Shown here piece by piece: positions 55,592-64,000 of a stretch of 64,000 nt of DNA. The stretch is from the human T2T-CHM13v2.0 reference genome, Homo sapiens: assembly GCA_009914755.4 (NCBI GenBank), contig CP068257.2:11936001-12000000 (forward strand), read 5' to 3'. How positions within the stretch are numbered: the first letter of the stretch is position 1; each line of letters starts with the position of its first letter. The notes below the pieces were generated by a model that saw only the letters and a list, made by a program, of their open reading frames with translations, made no database searches and was not told the origin of the DNA. A program made the translations under genes and the position numbers.

Positions 55592-57205
55592 TTTATTTTT
55601 TTAAAATTATACTTTAAGTTCTGGGGTACATGTGCAGAACATGCAGGTTTGTTACATACGTATACACATGCTATGGTGGCTTGCTGCATGCACCAACCCG
55701 TGATCTAATGCCATCCCTTTTCTAGCCCCCCACCCTGACAGGCCCTTGTGTGTGATGTTTCCCTTCCTGTGTCCATGTGTTCTCATTGTTCAGCTCCCAC
55801 TTATGAGTGAGATCATGTGGTGTTTGGTTTTCTGTTTTTGTGTTAGTTTGCTGAGAATGACAGTTTCCAGCTTCATCCATGTCCCTGCAAAGGATATGAA
55901 CTCATCCTTTTTTATGACTGCATAGTATTCCATGGTGTATATATGCCACATTTTCTTTATCCAGTCTATCATTGGTGGGTATTTGGGTTGGTTCCAAGTC
56001 TTTGCTGTTGTGAACACTGCCGCAATAAGCATACATGTGCATGTGTCTTTATATTGGAATGATTTATATTTTTTTGAGTATATACACTGTAATGGGATTG
56101 CTGGGTCAAATGGTATTTCTAGTTGTAGATCCTTGAGGAATCATCACATTGTCTTCCACGATGGTTGAACTGATTTATACTCCCACCAACAGTGTAAAAG
56201 CATTCCTATTTCTCCACATCCTCTCCAGCATCTGTTGTTTCCTGATTTTTTAATGATGGCCATTCCAAGTGGCGTAACATTGTATCTCATTATGGTTTTG
56301 AATTCCATTTCTCTAATGACCAGTGCTTTGCTTCACATGTTCGTTGGCTGCATAAATGTCTCCTTTGGGAAGTGTCTGTTCGTATCCTTTGCCCACTTTT
56401 TGATGGGGTTGTTTGTTTTTTTCTTGTAAATTTGTTTAAGTTTTTATAGATTCTGCGTATTAGCCCTTTGTCAGATGGATAGATTGCAACAATTTTCTCC
56501 CATTCTGAGGGTTGCCTGTTCACTCTGATGATAGTTTCTTTTGCTCTGCAGACATTCTTTAGTTTAATTAGATCCCATTTGTCAATTTTGGCTTTTGTTG
56601 CCATCTCTTTTGGTGTTCTAGTGATGAAGTCTTCGCCCATGCCTATGTCCTGAATGGTATTGCGTAACACAAGGACATTTCTGTGCCTGAATGCCATATC
56701 TCCCAAAGTAATTTATAGAATCAGTGCTATCTCCATCAAGCTACCATTGACTTTCTTCCCACAATTAGAAACACTACTTTAAATTTCATATGGAGCCAAA
56801 AAAGAGCTCGCATAGCCAAGACAATCCTAAGCAAAAAGAACAAGCTGGAGGCATCACAGTACCTGACTTCAAACTATTCTATAAGGCTACAGTAACCAAA
56901 ACAGCATGGTACTGGTACCAAACCAGATATATGGACAAATGGAACAGAACAGAGGCCTCAGAAATGACACCACACATCTAAAACCATCTGATCTTTGACA
57001 AACCTGACAAAAACAAGCAATGGGGAAAGGATTCCTTATTCAATAAATGGTGTTAGGAAAACTGGCTAGCCATATGCAGAAAACTGAAACTGGGCCACTT
57101 CCTTACACTTTATACAAAAATTAACTTAAGATGGATTGAAGAGTTAAACTTAAGACCTAAAACCATAAAAAACCTAGAAGAAAACCTAGGCCACCAAACT
57201 CAGGA
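55592..57205 (-). mobile_element. Young L1 (L1PA-type) 3' portion with a 5' inversion: 55592-56706 antisense (ORF2 ~aa 1010 to the 3' UTR), 56706-57205 sense (ORF2 ~aa 865-1005)
   Basis: Antisense segment: ttttttaaaattatactttaagttctggggtacatgtgcagaacatgcaggtttgttacatacg… and the minus-strand ORF 56290-56706 (…[51 protein letters not shown]…). Sense segment: …[81 protein letters not shown]…[11 protein letters not shown]. The two segments meet at adjacent ORF2 coordinates. Confidence 0.8.
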
Positions 57206-57266
57206 GAAATGTACTTGTAGTGAAATGCATGGTACAAACACACATTCCCTGCTTCCTTAAGTGGAT

Positions 57267-60200
57267 GAGGTTGGAGGCTGGTCCACCTGCTCCAGGTGGA
57301 TCCTTGCAGAGATGGCCGGTTGCTCTTTGAGCCAGCTTGGCCTTGCCTGGCATGCACAAGCCTCAGTGCAACAACTGTGTTACAAATGGAGCCACACAGA
57401 AAATGACCAGCAGGCTCAGTAGCAGGGTGTACATTGCCTTTGGGGCTCCAGTCCATGCCTCAGGGCTCATATGGCACTTTGGGCTTCTTGGTTGCCAAGA
57501 GGCAGATCACAGGCCATCTTGTGGAGGACTTTATGTTCAAGTGCAGAAAGCAGCCAGGATTACAACCTAGGGGACTCAGGCTTCTGTGACCCTGGCCAGA
57601 CTTAGAATTTGGTCCCAGGCATGACACGCTCACTCAGAGCAGCGTGTCAGTACCTGGGGCCTGTGCATGCCAGGCAAAGCCAAGCTGGCTAAAAGAGCAA
57701 CCAGACACCTCTGCAAGGGTGTGCCTAGAGCAGTTGGACCAGCCACCAATCTCACCCCCTCAACGAAGCCAGGATGGCCAGGTTCCCACAGCCTGAGTGG
57801 CTGCCACCTGATGGCTGATGGAGCAGAGGCCTGAGGAAAAGCAGATGGCACTGGGGCCCTACCTTTAGGGTAGAAGAACTGAGGTACCATGTCCGGCAGC
57901 GAGTGATGTTTGTGGCTGGTCCACCTGCTCCTGGCACACCCTTGCAGAGGTGGCTGGTTTCTCTTTGAGCCAGCTTGGCCTTGCCCAGCATGCACAAGTC
58001 TCAGTGCAACAACTGTTCTACAAATGGAACCACACAGAGGACATTAGAGGCAGGCTCAGGAGCAGGGTGTACACTGCCTTTGGTGCTCCAGTCCATGGCT
58101 CAGGGCTCGTATGGCACTGCGGACTTCTTGGTTGCCAAGAGGCAGACCACAGGCTGTCTTGAGGAGGACTTTATGTTCGAGTACAGAAAGCAGCAGGATT
58201 ACCACCCAGGGGACTTGGCGTTCTGTGGCCCTGACCAGACTTAGAATTTGGGCCAAGGCAGGACAAACTCACTCACAGCAGCATGTCAGTAGCTGGAGAC
58301 TATGCATGCCAGGCAAGGCCAAGCTGACTCAAATAGGAACCAGTCACCTCTGCAAGGGTGCACCTGGGACATGTGGAGCAGCCACCAACCTCAGCTACTC
58401 AAGGAAGTAGGGATGGCCAAGTTCCCACAGCCTGAGTGGCTGCCTCCTGATGGCTGATGGAGCAAAGGCCTGAGGAAAAGCAGATGGCACTGGGGCCCTA
58501 CCTCTAGGGTAGAAGAACTGATGTGCTCTGACCTGCAACAAGTGAGTTTGGTGGCTGCTCCACCGGCTCCTGGCACACGCTTGCAGAGGTGGCTGGTTGC
58601 TCTTTGAGCCAGCTTGGCCTTGCCTGGCATACACAAGCCTCATTGCAACATCTGTGCTAGGTATGGAGTCACAGAGAGGAAATGAGCAGCAGGCTCAGGA
58701 GCAGGGTGTGCGCTGCCTTTGGGGCTCCAGTCCATGCCTCAGGGCTCGTGTGGCACTGTGGGCTTCTTCGTTGCCAAGATGCAGACCACAGGCCATCTTG
58801 AGGAGGACTTTATGTTCAAATGCAGAAAACAGCCAGTATCACCACCCAGGGGCTCTGCCTTCTGTGGCCCTGGCCAGATTTAGAATTTGGCCCCAGGCAG
58901 GGCAACCTCACTCGGAGCAGTGTGTCAGTAGCTGGGGCCTGTGCATGCCAGGCAAGGCCAAGGTGGCTCGAAGAGCAACCAGCCACCTCTGCAAGGGTGC
59001 ACCTGGAGCAGGTGGAGCAGCCACCAACCTCACCCACTCAAGGAAGTAGGGATGGCCAGGTTCCCACAGCCTGCATGTCTGCGTCCTGATGGCTGATGGA
59101 GCAGAGGCCTGAGGAAAAGCAGATGGCACTGGGGCTCTACCTCTAGGGTAGAAGAACTGATGTACCCTGACTGGCTGCGAGTGAGGTTGGTGGCTGGTCC
59201 ACCTGCTCCTGGCACACCCTTGCAGAGGTGGCTGGTTGCTCTTTGAGCCAGCTTGGCCTTACCCAGCATGCACAAGCCTCAGTACATCAACTGTGCTACA
59301 AATGGAGCCACACAGAGAAAACAGAGCAGCAGGCTCAGGAGCAGGGTGTGTGCTGCGTTTGGGGCTCCAGTCAATGCCTTGGGGCTAGTATGGCTCTGTG
59401 GGCTTCTTGGTTGCAAAGAGGCAGACCACACGCCATCTTGAGGAGGACTTTATGTTCAAGTGCAGAAAGCAGCCAGGATTACCACCCAGGGGACTCTGCC
59501 TTCTGTGGCCCTGACTGGACTTAGAATTTGGCCTAATACAGGACAAGCTCACTCAGAGCAGCATCTCAGTAGCTGGAGCCTGTGCATGCCAGTCAAGGCC
59601 AAGCTGTCTCAAAGAGCAACCAGCCACCTCCGCAAGGGTGTGCCTGGAGAAGATGTAGCAGCCATCAAACTGACCCACACAAGGAAGCACGGATGGCCAG
59701 GTTCCAACAGTCTGACTGGCTGCCACCTGGAGACTGATGGAGCAGAGGCCTGAGGAAAAGCAGATGGCACTGGGGCCCAACCTCTATGGGAGAAGAACTG
59801 ATGTGCCCCAACCGGCAGCGAGTGAGTTTAGTGTCTGCTCCACCGGCTCCTGGCACACCCTTGCGGAGGTGGCTGGGTACTCTTTGAGCCAGCTTGGCTT
59901 CGCTCGGTATGCACAAGCCTCAGTGCAACAACTGTGCTACAAATGGAGCCACAGAGAGGAAATGAGCAGCAGGATCAGGAGCATGGTGTGCACTGCCTTT
60001 GAGGCTCCAGTCCATGTCTCAGGGCTCATATGGCACTGCGGGCTTCTTCATTGCCAAGGGGCAGACCACAGGTCGTCTTGAAGAGGACTTTGTGTTCAAA
60101 TGCAGAAAGCAGCCAGCATTACCACCCAGGGGACTCTGCCTTCTGTGGACCTGACCAGACTTAGAATTTGGGCCAAGGCAGGACAAGCTCACTCAGAGGA

Positions 60201-61053
60201 GCGTGTCAGTAGCTGGGGCCTCTGCATGCCAGGCAAGGCCAAGCCGGCTCAAAGAGCAACCAGCCACCTTTGCAGGGGTGCACCGGGAGCAGGTGGAGCA
60301 GCCACCAACCTCGGCTACTCAAGGAAGCAAGGATAGGCAGGTTCCCACAGCCTGTGTGGCTGCCTCCTGATGGCTGATGGAGCAGAGGCCTCAGGAAGAG
60401 CAGATGGCACTGGGGCCCTACCTCTAGGGTAGAAGAACTGATGTGCCGTGTCTGGCAGGCAGCGAGTGAGGTTGGTGGCTGGTCTACCTGCTCCTGTCAC
60501 ACCCTTGCAGAAGTGGCTGGTTGCTCTTTGAGCCAGCTTGTCCTTGCCCAGCATGCACAAGCCTCAGTACAACAGCTGTGCAAATGGAGCCACACACAGG
60601 GAATTAGCAGCAGGCTCAGGAGCAGGGTGTTCACTGCCTTTGGGGCTCTAGTCCATGCCTCTGAGCTTATATGGCACTGCAGGCTTCTTGGTTGCCAAGA
60701 GGCAGACCACAGGCCGTCTTGAGGAGGACTTTATGTTCAAGTGCAGAAAAAAGTCAGGATTACCACCCAGGGGACTCGCCTTTCTGTGGCCCTGGCCAGA
60801 CTTAGAATTTGGCCCCAGGCAGGACAAGCTTACTCAGAGCAGCGTGTCAGTAGCTGGGGCCTGTGCATGCCAGGCAAGGCCAAGCTGGCTCAAAGAGCAA
60901 GCAGCCACCTCTGCAAGCATGCTCCTCATGCAGTTGGACCAGCCTTTAACTTCACCCACTCAGAGAAGCATGGATGGCCAGGTTCCAACAGCCTGAATGG
61001 CTGCCACCTGATGGCTGATGGAGCAGAGTCCTGAGGAAAAGCAGATGGCACTG
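57267..61053 (+). repeat. Tandem array (~6 units of ~635 bp) of POTE helical-repeat exon-like modules; each unit also holds a ~130-bp inverted copy of its own 5' arm, giving alternating palindromes
   Basis: Direct-strand exon-like segments follow ttgcag| at ~57310, 57945, 58590, 59226, 59868 and 60511. They encode (V)AG(F/C)SLSQLGL(A/T)QHAQASV(Q/H)QLCYKW(S/N)HTEKTEQQAQEQ, the POTE C-terminal helical repeat. Each unit also carries the reverse complement, ctggggcctgtgcatgccaggcaaggccaagctggctcaaagagcaaccagccacctctgcaagggtg…. This explains the mirror-image ORFs on both strands (…LCMPGKAKLAQRATSHLCKGVPGAGGAATNL… in plus and minus ORFs). Only the copy at 59226-59345 keeps the AG acceptor, 120-nt length, open frame and GT donor. 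Copies 1 and 3 have in-frame TAG, copy 2 is 1 nt short, copy 5 has cag to cgg at the acceptor, copy 6 has a 3-nt deletion. Confidence 0.85.
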
Positions 61054-61640
61054 CTTTGTAATGCCCTTCTTTGTCTCTTTTGATCTTTTCCATTTAAAGT
61101 TTGTTTTATCAGAGACTAGGATTGCAACCCCCTTTTTTTTTTTTCCTTTTCATTTTCTTGGTAAATATTCCTCCATCCCTTTATTTTGAGCCTGTGTGTG
61201 TCTTTGCATGTGAGATGGGTCTCCTGAATACAGTACACCAATGGGTCTTGAGTCTTTTTCCAACTTGCCAGTCTGTGTCTTTTTACTGGGGCATTTAGCC
61301 CAGTTACGTTTAAGGTTAATATTGTTACATGTGAAATTTATCCTGTCATGATGTTGTTAGGTGTTTATTTTTCCCATTAGTTAATGCAGTTTCTTTATAG
61401 TGTCGATGGTCATTACAATTTGGTATGTTTTTGCAGTGGCTCATACTGTTTGTCCCTTTCCATGTTTAGTGCTTCCTTCAGGAGCTCTTGTAAGAATGTG
61501 GATTTATTTCTTGTAAGGCAAATATGTGGATTTATATCTGGGTGCTGTATTCTATGGCCTCTACCCCAAGAGTCATTACTTTTAAAAATGCAATTCAAAT
61601 TAGCATAAAACATTTACAGCCTAGGGAAAGGCTTATGGCA
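61054..61640 (-). mobile_element. L1 fragment, antisense: ORF1 C-terminus and ORF2 N-terminus (to about aa 100), abutting the POTE repeat array
   Basis: Minus ORF 61413-61613 is …FLQELLKEALNMERDKQYEPLQKHTKL (ORF1 end). The reverse complement of 61054-61135 is gggttgcaatcctagtctctgataaaacaaactttaaatggaaaagatcaaaagagacaaagaagggcattacaaagcag, the L1 ORF2 VAILVSDKT…KRDKEGHY block. Confidence 0.8.
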
Positions 61641-61667
61641 TTAGAATCCTTATTTATAGGATTATTT

Positions 61668-61966
61668 TGTGTTTTTTTGAGATATGGTCTCTGTCTGTCA
61701 TCCAGGCAGAAGTGGAGTGGCTTGGTCATAATTCACTGCAGCCCTGAACTCTGAGTCCAAGCCATCCTTGTGCCTTAGTCTCCCAACTAGCTGGATCTAC
61801 AAGCATAAGTCACCATGGCTGGCTAATTTAAAAAAAAAATTTTTTTTGTCGAGATTATGTTATCACTATGTTGCTCTGGCTGGTTTCAAATTCCTGGCCT
61901 CAAGTAATCTTTCTGCCACAGCCTCCTATAGTGCTGGGATTACAGGCATGAGCCACCATGCCTAGC
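61668..61966 (-). mobile_element. Alu SINE, antisense
   Basis: tttttttgagatatggtctctgtctgtcatccaggcagaagtggagtggcttggtcataattcactgcagccctgaactc…gcctcctatagtgctgggattacaggcatgagccaccatgcctagc. Confidence 0.9.
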
Positions 61967-62411
61967 ATAGAGTATTACATTATTTTCAAAGTCTTATTCT
62001 AAGAGCCATTTATTGACTTTGGCCTAAATAACTCAATATTATATCTCTGAAACTTTTTTTGACAAATTTTGGGGCATGATGATGAGAGAAAGGGGTTTGA
62101 AACTTTCTAATAAGAGTTAACGTAGAGCCATTTAAGGAGGAACAGACACAAATTATCAGAAAAATAAAAGAAAGATCAAGTGCAAAAGTTCTGTGGCAAA
62201 GATGATGATAGTAAAGAATATATGTGACTTATGGTGGCTTTTACTTTGTTCTTGAATTTCTGAGTAATTTAAGGGTTAACATTTAAAGAATCTACATTAT
62301 AGATAACATTTTATTGCAAGTAAATGTATTTCAAAATTTGTTATTGGTTTTGTATGAGATTATTCTCAGCCTACTTCATTTTCAAGCTATATTATTTTAT
62401 TAATGTAGTTT

Positions 62412-62692
62412 GATGATCTTACAGCAGAGCTGGAAGCTGTATCTTCAAAATATGTCTGTTTGACTCAAAACAATCAAGGTATTCAACAGGAGTTATTATG
62501 TATGAAAAAATACAACAGGAATGTAAAAAACTTGAGGCTAAAAAGATGTTGGAAGAAGTAATATTAAATCTTAAAAAACGTATGGAAAGTACACATTGGT
62601 GAAGACACATTGGTGAAGTACAAAAATATAAATTGGATCTAGAAGAAAAGGCAATGCAGGCAATGGAAAAATTAGTACAAATCCCTTTACAG
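62412..62692 (+). pseudogene. ANKRD26-homologous pseudo-exon (coiled-coil region) with intact-looking splice signals but internal stops
   Basis: Acceptor gatcttacag|CAG; donors ctttacag|gttagt and aatcag|gtaagt. It translates to …AELEAVSSKYVCLTQNNQGIQQELLCMKKYNRNVKNLRLKRCWKK*…, resembling ANKRD26 …[49 protein letters not shown]… with frame breaks. Confidence 0.6.
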
Positions 62693-62959
62693 GTTAGTTT
62701 GTAAAATCAGGTAAGTTTATTTATAATGTGCTTTCATTTATTTCACTGCAAATTATATTTTGGAGATTATATATATATATATATCGTGTTTCCTCTGCCT
62801 CTCTTATAGTAATTTGCCTTGTGGAGTTCTAGCAAAGAGGTGGCTTCTGTTTTTACTTTTATATGTTTAAATTTCCATCATTATAACAAAATCGATTTTT
62901 CACAGTAATGATTCTCAGTGTGGAGTCATTTGATTATTAAGACCCATTGACATGAGATT

Positions 62960-63430
62960 ACATCCTCTGCCTATAAAAATCCTGGAAGAAAACCTAGGAA
63001 ATATTCATCTGGACATTGCACTTGGCAATGAATTTATGGGTAAGTCCTCAAAAGCAATTGCCAGAAAAATGAAAATTGACAAATATGATTTAATTAAACT
63101 AAAGAGCTGCTTCTACACAGCATGAGAAACTCTCAAGGGATTGAGCAGACAGCCTACAGAATGGAAGAAAATATTCACACACTATGCATACAGCAAAGGC
63201 CTATTATCCAGAAGCCATAAGAGACTTATGCAAATCAACGAGCAAAAAATAAATAACCCCATTAAAAAATGGGCAAAGAACATAAACAGACAGTTTTCAG
63301 AAGAACACATATGTGGCCAACAAACATATTAACACATGCATACCATCACTAATCATCAGAGAAATGCAAAACAAAACAGCAGTGAAATACCATCTCACAC
63401 CAGTTAGAATGACTTCTGTTAAAAAGGAAA
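62960..63430 (+). mobile_element. Old L1 ORF2 C-terminal fragment
   Basis: …cctggaagaaaacctaggaaatattcatctggacattgcacttggcaatgaatttatg…ccaacaaacatattaa…catcagagaaatgcaaaacaaaacagcagtgaaataccatctcacaccagttagaatgacttctg (ORF 63141-63332: …[48 protein letters not shown]…). Confidence 0.8.
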
Positions 63431-63574
63431 AATAATAAAAATATTTAAATATTTAATATTAAAATATCATTTAGATTGAGATAAATTAATTTGTCATTAT
63501 TAATTCTCAAAACATGGATATTTAAGAATAACCTTACTTCACATGTAATAACAACTACCTTAAAAACTAAAAGC

Positions 63575-63911
63575 TGGGGCCTGGTATGGTGTCTCAAGTC
63601 TGTAATCCCAGCACTTTGGGAAGCTGAGGTGGGCCGATCATGAGGCCAGGAGTTTGAGACAAGCCTGGCCAACATGGTGAAACCCCGTCTCTACTAAAAA
63701 TACAAAAATTAGCTGGGCATGGTGGTGGGCACCTGTAATCCCAGCTACTCAGGAGGCTGAGGCAGGAGAATTCATTGGAACCCTGGGAGGCGGAGGTGGT
63801 TGCAGTGAGCTGAGATCACACCATTGCACTGCAGCCTGGGCAACAGGGCAAGACTCCATCTCAAAAAAATAAAATAAATAAAATTAAATGAATAAAAACA
63901 AATAAATAAAA
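63575..63911 (+). mobile_element. Alu SINE with an (AAAT)n-type tail, target-site duplication aaaagctgg
   Basis: ggggcctggtatggtgtctcaagtctgtaatcccagcactttgggaagctgaggtgggccgatcatgaggccaggagtttgagacaagcctggccaacatggtgaaaccccgtctctactaaaaatac…ctccatctcaaaaaaataaaataaataaaattaaatgaataaaaacaaataaataaaagctgg. Confidence 0.93.
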
Positions 63912-64000
63912 GCTGGAAGTTCTATGAAAACAATGCACATACCATTTTTAAAAAATGTTCATGGTTTCTCTAGAGATTTCAATACCTATTCTAGCTTATT

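Noticed and set aside
57267-61053. Regularly spaced ~635-bp repeats with conserved approximately 130-bp cores, checked for a CRISPR-like or satellite array
   Set aside because: The units are 635 bp, about 85% identical and contain spliceable exon-like segments encoding a known eukaryotic protein repeat. The context is primate DNA. The spacing and content do not fit a CRISPR array or a classical satellite.
55592-61640. Hypothesis that the POTE helical-repeat array is inserted into a single antisense L1, with L1 pieces on both sides
   Set aside because: The left piece is a complete twin-primed L1 3' portion (antisense plus inverted sense segments that join at adjacent ORF2 coordinates). The right piece covers ORF1 and the ORF2 N-terminus with a different sequence type. 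Their coordinates do not complement each other around the array. They look like independent insertions that happen to flank it.

Overview
This window is primate (human-type) nuclear genomic DNA, not prokaryotic. No operons, CRISPR arrays or defence systems are present, and the six-frame ORF track is mostly noise from GC-rich or repeat sequence. At least 19 Alu copies are spread across the window, which identifies it as primate. Roughly 40-50% of the window is interspersed repeats: Alu, about 12 L1 pieces of several ages, a THE1/MaLR solo LTR, a MADE1 MITE and two HSMAR2-like mariner relics. The main content is a complete plus-strand coding region of a POTE ankyrin-domain family gene (prostate/ovary/testis/placenta-expressed, a primate-specific ANKRD26 derivative). 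It has 11 coding exons from 18537 to 49899 that join in frame into a 584-codon ORF. Exon 1 encodes three 37-aa cysteine-rich repeats, exons 2-5 the ankyrin repeats, exons 6-11 the acidic linker and coiled-coil. All splice sites are canonical except one GC donor at exon 7. The ORF ends at a TAA at 49897-49899 (KTNI*), at the point where longer POTE paralogs continue into helical-repeat exons. Directly downstream is a degenerate, frameshifted continuation of ANKRD26-homologous coding sequence at 49900-50240, with a second such pseudo-exon at 62412-62692. At 57267-61053 there is a 3.8-kb array of six ~635-bp units. Each unit carries a POTE helical-repeat exon-like segment (VAGxSLxQLGLxQHAQASVQQLCYKW...EQQAQEQ) inside a pair of ~130-bp inverted arms, so the array is a string of alternating palindromes. 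Only one of the six copies keeps canonical splice sites, length and frame. The paralog cannot be assigned without alignment. The divergent residues and short C-terminus fit a group-1/2 POTE (POTEA-like) better than the long actin-fused group. Other observations: a CpG-rich promoter and 5' UTR with short tandem and G-run repeats, a twin-priming-type inverted L1, a three-level nested retroelement cluster, a local 320-bp non-Alu-bounded duplication, and two inverted HSMAR2-like copies flanking exons 7-9.
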